A stretch of 28,253 nt of DNA from Octopus sinensis (GCF_006345805.1 NW_021833530.1:1-28253), one strand, 5' to 3'; shown: positions 1-11,661, counted from the first letter of the stretch. The notes: a model not told the origin generated them from the letters alone. A program made the numbers and translations.

Positions 1-159
1 TATGGTTATACCTGTGTCTGTGCACACGAGAATATATGTGTGTGGTGTGTCAGTACCTGTGCAGTTTTTTCTTTTGTTCTTGCTTTTTGCACAGGTAGCG
101 GAAGAAATGCACAGCAATATACGTAGATAGGTATCGTTAATTATGCACCATACAGTATA

Positions 160-579
160 CTAACAATCATAGGTATATAGACACAAGCTTACACTCACAT
201 ATATACAAGCATACAAACACACCACATATACATGCGCATACACATATCTGCAAAACTGCATTCCTATACATACATACATACATTCATAGAAACATACATA
301 CATACATACATACATACATACATACATACATACATACATACATACATACATACATACATACATACATACTTACATTCATATATACATACATATATAAATA
401 CATATATACATATATATACATACATACATACATACATACATACATACATACATACATACATACATACATACTTTCATACAAACATACATGAACACATACA
501 CACATATACACCCTTTCAGAGAACTAAACGCTAATCTCTACATTCGGACATATTCATACTTTTATAGCCATAAGTTTAC

Positions 580-612
<33 letters not shown>

Positions 613-644
613 AATGGCATTATATTATCTATATATATAAATAA

Positions 645-679
<35 letters not shown>

Positions 680-873
680 ATATTTTAAATATTGTATGTG
701 TATGAATATATATATATGTATATATGCACATGTACATATGCATATGTATATAAATATACATATATAATATAACACACATACACACATACACACATTTGCA
801 CACTTCCTATACAACTACACGCACGCCCCCGACACGTACACATACGCATACACACGAATACATAACACACATT

Positions 874-904
<31 letters not shown>

Positions 905-940
905 TCTCTTGCGCGCACACACACACACACACACATATAC
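160..940. repeat. Compound microsatellite field: (TACA)n, (TA)n, (TG)n, (CA)n
   Basis: Direct reading of the sequence; the long (TACA)n run is at ~265-470. The overlapping ORFs are repeat translations (YVCM/HTYI). Confidence 0.95.
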
Positions 941-1089
941 ACTGTACGTTTCCATTATCCATGTCTTTGACCTAACACGAATTCACTCCCACCTCACTCC
1001 CACTACCACACCCCACATGATCGATAAGTGACATAGAAGTTAACCAATCAGCGTAGGCTTCCTCTTTCAGTCACCCTCCCTCCTTCCAC

Positions 1090-1130
<41 letters not shown>

Positions 1131-1144
1131 TCTCTTTTCCTCTG

Positions 1145-3110
1145 TTGCTTTTGTCGATTCTCAGTATTACCGCTGCTGTTCTCGTAGCTTGTATCACTGT
1201 TGCTGAGTTGTTGCTACTGCAGTTGCTGCTGCTGCTGCTGTTGCTGCCACTGCTGCTGCTGGTGTCGGTGGTGGCGGTGGTGGTGGTAATGCTAACGTTG
1301 CTGATGGTATTGTCAGTGGTGCTGTTATCATTATGCGGTCGCTACTACCATTTCTGCTGCTGATGTTGCTACTATTTATGGTGCGGTCGTTGCTGTTTTT
1401 GTTGCTGCTGCTGTTGATCCCAAGTGCTGCTGTAGTTGCAGTTGCTTTTGCTGCATCCGTTACTGCTGATATTTCTGCTTTACCCCTCCTCCTACTGCCG
1501 TCATTGTTGCTGCTGTAGCTGTTTTCTCGTTACTGTTGCTGATATCCTTGCTGCTGCAGATGTTGTTGCTGCTGTTTTCTCGTCATTGCTGCTGTTATGC
1601 CTTTTTCACATCATTGCTACTGCTGTTTTAATCCAGTTTTCATGTCAGTGCTGCTGTTGATGTTGATACTGCTGCTGTTGCTAATTTCGCATCATTACTG
1701 TTGCTGTTATTGTGTTGTTTTCTTGTCATTGCTGCTGCTGATATTGCTGCTGCTGCTGGTGCTTCGGCTGCTGTTTTCTCATCATTACTGCTGCTGTTGT
1801 TATCCTGTATTCACATCATTGCTGCTGTTGATGTTGCAACAGTTGTTATTGCTGCCGTTTTTCATCATTGCTGCTGCTGTTGTTGCTGCGGTGCTCTTGC
1901 TGCTGTTTTCTCATCATTGCTGCTGTTGATGTTGTAACAGTTGTTATTGCTGCCGTTTTTTCATCATTGCTGCTGCTGTTGTTGCTGCTGGTGCCTTGCT
2001 GCTGTTTTCTCATCATTGCTGCTGCTGCTGTTGTTATCCTGTCTTCAACTCATTGCTGCTGTTGATGTTAAAACAGCTGTTATTGCTGCCGTTTTTTCAT
2101 CATTGCTGCTGCAGCTGCTGATATTGCTGCTTGTGCTTTTGCCGCTGTTTTCTCATCATTGCTGCTGCTGCTGTTATCCTGTCTTCACATCATTGCTGCT
2201 GTTGATGTTACTGCTGTTTTCTTATTGCTGCTGCTTTTTCCTCCCAACTGTTGCTGATGTCACTGTTATTGCTGTTGTTGTAGCAGCTGTTTTATTGTCA
2301 CAGCTGTTGCTGCCGATTTCTCATCATTGCTGCTGTTGCTCTAGTTGCTCTAGTTGCTCTAGTTGCTGGTATCTCTCAACTGTTGCTGATGTTCCTATTT
2401 CCTCACCTCCACCGCTACTGTTACTGTTGCTGCTGTTCTTTCCTAGCGTCTGTTGCTACTGTTTGCTCCTGCTTCTTGCTGCTGCTGTAGAGTTTTCGTT
2501 ACTGCTGTTGCTGATATCGTTACAGCTACTGTGGGTGCTGCAGTTCTGTAGCTACTGCAGATGATGTTGTTGGTACTGTTGAAGTTGTCTAGCGTCTGTT
2601 GCTGTTGTTGTAGTTGCTGTTGCTGCTGCTAAAGTTTTTTCTCCCTACAGCCGTTGCTTTCACTGCTGCTGTTGCGATTTTCCCGCAACCGCTGCTGTTG
2701 CACTTTAAATGCTGTTCTTTATGACTTTGTTATCATAGCTGCTGAGTAGTCATTACTGCTGCTGACATTTGCTGCCGTTGGCCGCCGTTGGATGCCGTTG
2801 TGTTATTATTGCTGCTGTAGAAGATACCACTTCTGTTGAGCACTCATTGCTATCGCTACCTCACTGTTCACAGCTGTTGTTGTTTTTGTAGTTGTTGTTT
2901 TTATTGTTGTTGCTGATGGTGGCGTCATTGGTGATGGTGGTGGTGCTCCTGCCATCCAGTTGGTAATGCTGCTGCATATGCTGACGTTGTTATTGCTGCT
3001 GTTGAGAGCACTTATGTAGTTTTTTTCCTGCTGACATCTACCCGATACTGCTGCTACACATAATTCTGTTTTTGTTGCTGCTGTTGTTGTTGCTTCTGCT
3101 GCTGCTGCTG
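1145..3110. repeat. CTG/TTG-rich low-complexity region containing a higher-order minisatellite at ~1770-2215
   Basis: The marker GCTGTTTTCTCATCATT recurs at ~1770, 1902, 2001 and 2144, embedded in degenerate (CTG/TTG)n. Confidence 0.85.
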
Positions 3111-3160
3111 TCTTCTTCTTCTTCTTCTTCTTCTTCTTCTTCTTCTTCTTCTTCTTCTTC
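3111..3160. repeat. (CTT)n microsatellite
   Basis: Perfect trinucleotide run. Confidence 0.95.
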
Positions 3161-3289
3161 CAATCAGGACTCATGTCATTAGCCACAAAGAATAATCTCT
3201 AATTCGAGCCTACTCTAAGCTACTAAGAATGCGTGTGGCAAATTGAAGATCCACCCACCACACGCGATATACTGGCGCGAAAGCTACGT

Positions 3290-3624
3290 TGTTATCCTCA
3301 TTCTGTAAACGGTGGCTTTCAATGGGTGGAGAGCTGAACCATCCTGGGGTACAGAGGATTCGCAATCTAGACTAGGGTCTGAAACTTTTACTACACCATA
3401 GTTGGTTACACCATGGTTCCTCTGCTTTGTGACAGAAGTAGGAAGAAAGAGTGAGAGAAAGTTGTGGCGAAAGAGTACAGCGGGGTTCATCACCCACCCC
3501 GCCGGAGCCTCGTGGAGCTTAGGTGTTTTTGCTCAATAAACACTCACGATGCCCGGTCTGGGAATCGAAACCGCGTTCTTACCACCGCGAGTCTGCTGCT
3601 CTAACCACTGAGCCATTGCGCCTC
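3290..3624 (-). mobile_element. tRNA-derived SINE (family B; same family as 9404-9705)
   Basis: The minus strand starts GAGGCGCAATGGCTCAGTGGTTAGAGC (A box) and has GGTTTCGATTCCC (B box). The body CACCTAAGCTCCACGAGGCTCC...CTCTTTCGCCACAACTTTCTCTCACT is shared with the 9404 copy. The 3' boundary is approximate. Confidence 0.8.
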
Positions 3625-4199
3625 AACTGCTGCTGCTGTTGATGTTGTAGCTTGCACTGTTGCTGTTGCTGCTACTGAGAAGTCTCTATAGAGTGCTGCT
3701 GCACTTACTATCGCTGTTTTGTTCGTTTCGATATTATTACGCTATTAGTAATTCTACCACGCTTGTTACTTGCATCGTTTCTGTTCCTAATATAACGCTA
3801 AAGTTGATGCTACTGCTGCAGTTTTCATTGCTGCTGTTGTTGCTGCTAATGTTGTTGGGTCTCTGGATGATCTTCAGATCTTTAGCCCACATGGGTAGCT
3901 ATGAGAAAAAGGCATTACCTCTCATTTCCTCCAGGTAAAAGCGTATCCCAAGTACTACGCTACCTGATAAGTCAGTCTTTACTAAAACGATTATATTTTA
4001 TCTTATCTAATATTACCTTTCTTTTTATTTCCAGCGCTTATCCAGGAGGGGGACAAGAGTGTTATCCATGATACTTAACACAGCTTCTGAGACTGACTGA
4101 CGGGCGGTTGTCCTTAAAACGAAGACCTGCTTGCAACGCAGTGAACTCCGCTAATGGCATCCAAAGTGTCAGATCGTAAAGCTAAAGCAAGCGACAGAT

Positions 4200-4295
4200 T
4201 AAGCGGGTCACCGCTGGACTTGAACTCAGAACAGAAAATCCTGAAATAAATCACGCAAGCCACCATTGCTCTAACGTTCCTGCTCGTTCGCCGCC
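4200..4295 (-). mobile_element. Degenerate SINE head (family A)
   Basis: Reverse complement reads GGCGGCGAACGAGCAGGAACGTTAGAGC...TTCTGAGTTCAAGTCC, a diverged version of the family A head. Confidence 0.6.
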
Positions 4296-4306
4296 TTAGA
4301 ATATAC

Positions 4307-4539
4307 CTATTTCTTTACTACCCACAAAAGGCTAAACACAGAGAGGACAAACAAGGACAGACAAACGGATTAAGTCGATGACATCGACCCCCAGTGCATA
4401 ACTCGTACTTAATTTATCGACCCCGAAAGGATGAAAGGCAAAGTCGACCTCGGCGGAATTTGAACTCAGAACGTAGCGGCAGACCAAATACCGCTAAGCA
4501 CTTCGCCCGGCGTGCTAACGTTTCTGCCAGCTTGCCGCC
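4307..4539 (-). mobile_element. tRNA-derived SINE family A, flanked by the direct repeat TTAGAATATAC
   Basis: Minus strand reads GGCGGCAAGCTGGCAGAAACGTTAGCACGCCGGGCGAAG...TTCTGAGTTCAAATTCCGCCGAGGTCGACTTTGCCTTTCATCCTTTCGGGGTCG. The 11-bp direct repeat is at 4296-4306 and 4540-4550. Confidence 0.9.
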
Positions 4540-4554
4540 TTAGAATATACTGGC

Positions 4555-4680
4555 GAGGACGTTACATCGCGATGTTGACCTCGGCGGAATTTGAACCCAG
4601 AAAAGAGCATGGCTGAATAAATAAATACTGCAAGGAAAATTCGTCCAACACTCTATCGTTTCTGACAATTCGCCATCTTA
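4555..4680 (-). mobile_element. Degenerate SINE family A fragment
   Basis: Contains GACCTCGGCGGAATTTGAAC, the core of family A on the minus strand. Confidence 0.65.
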
Positions 4681-4871
4681 ATGTAGTTAATGTTTAGCTT
4701 CTGTTCAACCCTAATAAAGCAGACCAAAAATCATTAAGGATTTCCAAACGTGGCCATCACTATTTATATTTGTATTAAACGAGAGGTAAGCTCAGGGAAT
4801 CCGGAACTAAGGTGATGGTTCCAAACCAAAGGTGAAGAAATCTAGAAATTAGAAGAGATCAATAGTTTTGC

Positions 4872-5030
4872 TGTTGTCGTTGTTGTGTAGCTTCGTGGCA
4901 GCCCTCATCGGGTAGGCTTCTCATCGAAAGCGTTCCAGCCTTGAGCGTCCCGTCTTTGCTAGAAGACCTTTAATGATTTGCCTGATTGATCAGGGCTGAC
5001 CTGGTGTTAATCAACAGAAATAAATAACAA
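4872..5030. mobile_element. Possible degenerate MITE-like repeat
   Basis: The right end GATCAGGGCTGACCTGGTGTTAATCAACA is loosely inverted to the left end TGTTGTGTAGCTTCGTGGCAGCCCTCATC. A related end, GATCTGACCTGGGGCTAAACAACAAC, occurs at ~11920-11945. Confidence 0.4.
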
Positions 5031-5148
5031 CCACCAAAGAGGAAGATTTAGCTGGTTTACTGTTGCTGTTGAGTTTTGTTTGTAGACAGTCTTCAACGTG
5101 CTGAGCATACGAGCAAAGGCATTCAGGTCCTAGGCAACTCGTTTTTCG

Positions 5149-5353
5149 ACTCTTTTACTTGTTTCAGTCATTGTCTGTGGCCATGCTGGAGCACTGCCTT
5201 TAGTCAAGCAAATCGACCCCAGAACTTATTTTTTGTAAGTCTAGTACTTATTCTAACGGGCTCTTTTGCCGAACCGCTAAGTTACGGGGAGGTAGAGACA
5301 CCGGCATCGGTTGTCAAGCAATGTTGGAGGGACAAACACAGACACACAAACAT

Positions 5354-5400
<47 letters not shown>

Positions 5401-5538
5401 CACACATATATACGACGGGCTTCTTTCAGTTTCTGTCTACCAAATCCACTCGCAAGGCTTTGGTCGGTCCGAGGTTATAGTAGAAGACACTTGCCCAAGA
5501 AGCCACGCAGTGGGACTGAACCCGGAACCATGTGGTTG
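5149..5538 (-). mobile_element. tRNA-derived SINE family C (long type with internal CA/TA microsatellite), head slightly truncated
   Basis: The reverse complement matches the plus-strand copies at 19982 and 20888, including TTGGGCAAGTGTCTTCTACTAT...GAAACTGAAAGAAGCCCGTCG and the tail CCAGCATGGCC...TGACTGAAACAAGTAAAAGAG. Confidence 0.9.
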
Positions 5539-5632
5539 GTGGCACCTTGGGCAAGTGTCTTCTACTATAGCCTCGGACCGACCAAAGCCTCGTGAGTGGA
5601 TTTGGTTGACGAAAACTGAAAGAAACCCGTCG

Positions 5633-5667
<35 letters not shown>

Positions 5668-5840
5668 CTGTGCTTGTCCCTCCAAAATCGCTCGACAACC
5701 GATGCTGGTGTGTTGACATCACCGTAAATTAGCGGTTCGGCAAAATGTGACCAATAGAATAAGTACTAGGCTTACAAAGAACAAGTCCTGGTGGTACTCC
5801 AGCATGGCCGCAGTCAAATGACTGAAACAAGTAAAATAAA
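5539..5840 (+). mobile_element. SINE family C, headless, inverted relative to the adjacent copy
   Basis: Starts GTGGCACCTTGGGCAAGTGTC and ends TGACTGAAACAAGTAAAATAAA. Confidence 0.9.
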
Positions 5841-6424
5841 TTTTAAAAAATATATAGATCCTCTTGATGGCTCGCCTCTTCGGTGATGATCTTACCTTAG
5901 CGAAAGAAGTTTGTTCGTTTAAATAATAAGATATATGTGTGCGTATGTGCATGTATATTATGCATGTGTGTGTATATGTGTATGTGTTGTGTACACGTGA
6001 GCGTATGCATTTACGTGTGTGCGTGTGTGTGTGTGTGTGTGCGTTGCTAGTAATGCCGAACGCGTTCTAATAATACGGATTGGTCCGGACACTTCTTCAG
6101 CAAATAGAAACAAACTATTTTTAAAATGTAAGTGATGCAGTAAGAGGAAATACGAATAAGGGAATAAGGAAAGGGAGGAGGGAGAGAGAGAGAGAGACGA
6201 GAGGGGGTGTGGTAGAGGAAGAGAAAGGGTGAGAGAGAAAGACAGACAGGCAGAGCATGGATTCAAAAGTGGGCTGTACAACAAATATTCCCTTAATTTA
6301 TTTACTCTTTCACCTCTCTATCTTCATTCACAAGCCAGGGATCAGCAGAATCTTTAGAGAATCGAAGGGAAAAAACTCGCATTATTTTCTCTGATCTTTC
6401 ACGATTTAAGTTCAAATCCCAAGG

Positions 6425-6456
<32 letters not shown>

Positions 6457-6580
6457 ATATATATATATATGTATGTATGTATATGCATACACACATAATT
6501 TATCATATATTATATATATATATATATATTATATATATGTATGTATATATATATATATATAATGTTGGGTGTGTAGGGAA

Positions 6581-6648
6581 TACTCTCTCTTTTACTCTTT
6601 TACTTGTTTCAGTCATTTGACTGCGGCCACGCTGGAGCACCGCCTTTA
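6581..6648 (-). mobile_element. SINE family C 3' tail fragment
   Basis: CTCTTTTACTTGTTTCAGTCATTTGACTGCGGCCACGCTGGAGCACCGCC is the reverse complement of the family C tail. Confidence 0.8.
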
Positions 6649-7064
6649 GAAATGCATGTGGTGATAGGCAAAATACGGGTTACTGACAATTAGAGAAACT
6701 ACAGAAAACCGGCGAGACGTCACAAATGAATCGGGAGTATCTGGATAGGGCTGAGTCGAGAATATCTAGCTCCGAGTAGCAAAGAACATTGGAGGACCAG
6801 TAGAGAAGGCAGTGAGAAAGGAAGGGAGAAAGAGAGAAGGAGAGAGAGAGGGGGGAAGAAATAGAGAAAGAAACAGGGGGGGGGGTACTTTTGGCAAAGC
6901 GGGGGGGGAGGGGCATAGATTTCTGCGTGTTGCAGAATGACTTCGTGTTCTTTTCATGGGGTTCAGATCCCATCGAAATCGACCTTCCTGTTCGATCTTC
7001 CTCCTGGGGCAATCAAATAAAAATATGAAGAAAATTGCCAGACGTGTACTGCCGTGGATGGCAT

Positions 7065-7065
<1 letters not shown>

Positions 7066-7134
<69 letters not shown>

Positions 7135-7264
7135 CACTACTACTGCAACAACAACAGCTGCTACTACTACTACTACCGCTGCCACTCCGCTACTACTACC
7201 ACTACCACTGTCGCTGCTGCTGCTACTACTACTACTACTACTACTACCACTGTCACTGCTGCCG

Positions 7265-7305
<41 letters not shown>

Positions 7306-7417
7306 GCCGCTACAACTGCCACTAGTACTACAACTACAACTACTAATACTCCTACTAATGCCGCTGCTGCTACTACTACTACTATTACTACTAATGCTCC
7401 TATCACTGCCGCTGCTG

Positions 7418-7448
<31 letters not shown>

Positions 7449-7471
7449 CACTGTCACTGCTGCCGCTACTG

Positions 7472-7506
<35 letters not shown>

Positions 7507-7624
7507 GCCGCTACAACTGCCACTAGTACTACTACTACAACTACTAATACTCCTACTACTGCCGCTGCTGCTACTACTACTACTACTATTACTACTAATG
7601 CTCCTATCACTGCCGCTGCTGCTG

Positions 7625-7655
<31 letters not shown>

Positions 7656-7828
7656 CACTGTCACTGCTGCCGCTACTGCTACTACTACTACTACTACTAC
7701 TGCCGCTACAACTGCCACTAGTACTACTACTACAACTACTAATACTCCTACTACTGCCGCTGCTGCTACTACTACTACTACTTTTACTACTAATGCTCCT
7801 ATCACTGCCGTTGCTGCTGTTGCTGCTG

Positions 7829-7874
<46 letters not shown>

Positions 7875-7890
7875 TACTACTACTACTGTC
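7066..7890. repeat. (ACT/GCT)n-derived higher-order tandem repeat, three units of ~200 bp
   Basis: The unit marker ACCACTGTCACTGCTGCCGCT occurs at ~7246, 7447 and 7654, giving periods of 201 and 207. Confidence 0.9.
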
Positions 7891-7998
7891 ATTGGTACTC
7901 CTGCCGCCAATGTTCGTTCGTACGGCTGCTCCGTGTTGCAGTTGCTATCTTCTCTGTTAAGGTGCATGTGTACGTAAAGCATGCAACGCGAACTAAAG

Positions 7999-8004
7999 AG
8001 CGAA

Positions 8005-8043
<39 letters not shown>

Positions 8044-8219
8044 GGTGAAAGAGAGGGCGGGAGGGAGGGAAGGTGGGAGAGGGAAGGTGTATTTGTGGGT
8101 GGGGGAGGGTGAAACAAGGTGTTGCTTGTGAAACTAGCAGTTGCACACCATATATTGCCTGCAGCATAGCTGCACATAGAGTAATGCATAGACATACAAA
8201 CACCGCCCTACCCACACTG

Positions 8220-8254
<35 letters not shown>

Positions 8255-8447
8255 TGCTTCTCTTTCACTCTTTCCTTCTCTCTCTTTCTCTCCCTCTCCT
8301 CTCCTTCTCTCTATTTATCTAGCTATCTATTTATCTCTGTCGCTATCTCCATCTCTCATCCGCTCTCTCTCTCTCTCTGTCTCGTTTATGTACACATCAT
8401 ATCGGTATGCACTTATGTGCTAGTTATAGACACTGATTAACGATCAC

Positions 8448-8500
<53 letters not shown>

Positions 8501-8548
8501 ACACACACATACACACATACACACATACAAACACACGCGCACACACAA

Positions 8549-8579
<31 letters not shown>

Positions 8580-8956
8580 CATAGGCACACACACAGACAT
8601 ATACATATACATACATATATATATATATACAGACAGACACACACACAGACAGACACACAGACAGACACACACACACACACAATACAACGCACACACGCGT
8701 GCACACTCAGATACACAGACAAAACATACGCACTAGACAAATCCACACATATATACATACATACAGACACACATACATACACACATACATACACACACAC
8801 ACAAACATACACACAGACATACATACATACATACATACATACATACATACATACACACATACATACATACATACATACATACATACATACATACATACAT
8901 ACATACACGAGCACATATGTCTGTTTCACGATAGACAAAAACACACACACCTATAC

Positions 8957-9035
<79 letters not shown>

Positions 9036-9060
9036 GCTCGCGTCTCTCTGTCTGTTTCCC

Positions 9061-9093
<33 letters not shown>

Positions 9094-9110
9094 GTATCTA
9101 TAGATATATA
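7999..9110. repeat. Compound microsatellite field: (AG)n, (CT)n, (CA)n, (CATA)n, (TA)n, (CTGT)n
   Basis: Direct reading, with short unique spacers between runs. Confidence 0.9.
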
Positions 9111-9111
9111 T

Positions 9112-9275
9112 TCGACGGGCTTCATTCAGTTTCCCTCTACCAGATCCACTCGCAAGGCTTTGGTCGACTCGAGGCTATAGTAGAAGACACTTGCCCAACG
9201 TGCCACGCAGTGGCATTGAACCCGGAAGCATGTAGCTGGGAAGCAAGGTTTATACCACATAGCCACACCTGCGCT
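9112..9275 (-). mobile_element. SINE family C 5' half
   Basis: Reverse complement reads AGCGCAGGTGTGGCTATGTGG...CGGGTTCAATGCCACTGCGTGGCACGTTGGGCAAGTGTC. Confidence 0.85.
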
Positions 9276-9350
9276 ATTATATATTATATTATACTGAGTG
9301 TGTGTGTGTGCGTGTGTGCATAAAAACAAACATGAATATATTTATTTACA

Positions 9351-9389
<39 letters not shown>

Positions 9390-9403
9390 GTACGTACGCA
9401 CGT

Positions 9404-9705
9404 GGATGCACATGGCCTAGTGGTTAGAGCAGCGGACTCGCGGTCGAGGGATCATGGGTTCGAATCACAGACCGGGCGATGTGTGTGTGTGTGTGTGTGT
9501 TTATGAGCGAAATACCTAAGCTCCATGGGGCTCCAGCAGAAGGTAATGGCAAACTTCTGCTGACTCTTTCGCCGCAACTTTCTCTCACTGTTTCAGCTCA
9601 CCTGCGACAGTCCGGCGTCCCGTCCAGGTGGGGAACATATACGCCAAGCAAACCGAGAAACCGGCCCTTATATACTAGGCATGGCTCGAGAAGGAACAAA
9701 CAAAA
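9404..9705 (+). mobile_element. tRNA-derived SINE family B
   Basis: A box TGGCCTAGTGGTTAGAGC and B box GGGTTCGAATC. The body is shared with 3290-3624; the 3' part reads GTCCCGTCCAGGTGGGG...GAAACCGGCCC. Confidence 0.85.
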
Positions 9706-9883
9706 CACGTACGCACACACACACACACACACACACTAGACGGCGACGTATTCAATACATACAGTCGAGGGGACAAATTTATTGATTAAAACGATGGCCC
9801 TTAGTAAAATATATCTATGTATATATATATGTTTGGTTGTTCAAATGTACGGAGTCTCCGTAAAGTCTCTATACAATTTCAAA

Positions 9884-10460
9884 TATTTTTTTTTTCTACT
9901 CACAAGGACCGAAATTTTTGGGAAGGGCGGGGGCAGTCGATTTGGCCGACCCCAGTATGCAACTGGTAATTAATTTAGCGACCCCGAAAGGATGAAAGGC
10001 AAAGTCGACCTCGGCGGAATTTGAACTCAGAACACAAAGAGAGACGAAATACCGCTAGGCATTTCACCCGGCGTGCTAACGTTTCTTATTTCTTTATTGC
10101 CCACAAGGGGCTAAACATAGAGGGGACAGACAAGGACAGACAAATGGATTAAGTCGATTAGTACGCAACTGGTACTTAATTTATTGACTTCGAAAGGATA
10201 AAAGGCAAAATCGACCTCGGCGGAATTTGAACAGAGAACGTAACTGCAGACGAAATACCTATTTCTTTACTACCCACAAAGGGCTACACACAGAGGAGAC
10301 AAACAAGGACAGACAAACGGATTAAGTCGATTATATCGGCCCCGAAAAGATGAAAAGCACAGTCGACCTCGGCGGAATTTGAACTCAGAACGTAACGGCA
10401 GACGAAATACCGCTAAACATTTCGCCCGGCGTGCTAACGTTTCTGCCAGCTCGCCGCCTT
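9884..10460 (-). mobile_element. SINE family A trimer with 9-bp TSD AATTTCAAA
   Basis: Three monomers with junctions at ~10085/86 and ~10259/60. The TSD is at 9875-9883 and 10461-10469. Confidence 0.85.
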
Positions 10461-10616
10461 AATTTCAAAAGTTTATTACAAAAGCAACTGATGGAATATG
10501 TTTATTAGATTTGTTCTTTGGACTCAGTGGTTACGAAAGATTTTTAACTGCATTGCATTTGTGTTTTTCAGGTACTCTATTAAGGGAAAAGGTTCAGTGA
10601 AATGAAAGCCTAAAAA

Positions 10617-11661
10617 ATGGCTACTCATCAAATAAAGGCCGAAAGTGTATCGTGGTTTACTGAAATAAAATCGGACACGCAGACCCAGCGAAAATACAGG
10701 GTTAAGAATGGTAGACATCCACCATTACCTCCGTCAATTCGTACATGGCACCAGGAATTTATGGAACCAGGAACGGCGTTGGATGAAGGGTGAAGTGGAC
10801 GACCGAAATTATCTGAGGAAAACATCGTTCATGTTAGACAAGCCTTTGCTAGTTCTACAAAGTCCATACTTACTGTTGCCAGACAGATACAGTTGTCACG
10901 TTTAACAGAACACAATGTTCTACTCAAGAACTTGTGATTGTACGCTTACAGAGCACAACTCTTACAGGCACTCGAACCAAATGATAAACCAAGACGAAAA
11001 GAGTTTGCAGTTAACATGCCGGAACGAATTTCTGACGATGCAGTGTTCTTCACTCGAGTTTGTTTTAGTGATGAGGCAACCTTTGAAGTTTCAGGGAAAC
11101 TGAACACACATAATGTGAGTATTTGGGGATCAGAACACCCCCATGTGATTAGGGAACTTCACCGAGATAGACCAATGGTGAATGTTTGGTGTGGGATCGA
11201 ATAATTGGTACAATCGAATCATTGGGCCATTTTTTTTTTTCACAGAGAGATCAATTTCCTTAAATATTTACTTTGACCTTTTGTCTGAATATGTGGCACT
11301 ACAACTGGGTGATCTTCAACCAACCATCATTTTCCATCAAGATGGTGTACCACCATATAGGGGACTACATGTTCGTGGGTTCCTAAGTTAAACATTACCA
11401 GACCGGTGGATTCGAAGAGATGGCCCAATTCCTTGGGCACCTCGTTGGCCGGATATCACTCCTCTAGACTTTTGTCTATGGGGTTATGTTAAAGACATCG
11501 TGTATCAGACAATAATACGGGACATCAACGACCTGAAGCAAAGGGTCACTGATGCCATCGCCATCATTGATCAGGCTACACTACAGTGAACATGATAAGA
11601 AATTGATAACTGCCTTGATGGACTTCGTGCAACTAGCAGTACCCAAGTAGAGATGTATTAA
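10617..11661 (+). pseudogene. DD41D transposase pseudogene with in-frame stops and a frameshift near 11200
   Basis: Translation gives MATHQIKAESVSWF...SGRPK...LYAYRAQLLQALEPND...CFSDEATF...NVWCGI / IIGPFFF...FHQDGVPPY...WAPRWPDITPLDFCLWGYVKDIVY...VEMY*. There are 41 residues between the QD aspartate and the PLD aspartate. Confidence 0.9.

Noticed and set aside
1040-1135. CCAAT box (AACCAATCAG) near a CGCGCG run as a promoter
   Set aside because: It is a single motif between microsatellites with no associated transcript structure.
5890-6085. Minus-strand first exon with CCAAT (~6079-6083) and donor AAG|GTAAGA at 5896/5895
   Set aside because: These are short motifs expected by chance, with no downstream acceptor or coding exon identified.
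6051-6127. Possible plus-strand exon (TAG|...|GTAAGT; open frame NAERVLIIRIGPDTSSANRNKLFLK)
   Set aside because: The acceptor lacks a pyrimidine tract, the peptide is unrecognised and there are no partner exons.
160-9125. Numerous long ORFs (YVCM, HTYI, poly-L, poly-V, poly-C/Y, poly-K)
   Set aside because: They are translations of microsatellites open in several frames and strands at once, with no domain content.
9404-9476. tRNA gene (also the heads at 3550-3624 and 19160-19231)
   Set aside because: A and B boxes are present, but the sequence continues into shared SINE bodies and I see no proper acceptor stem or Pol III terminator.
9884-10460. Regularly spaced ~175-bp repeats as a CRISPR-like array or retrozyme
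   Set aside because: They are SINE monomers without unique spacers, there are no cas genes in this eukaryotic context, and no ribozyme core was found.
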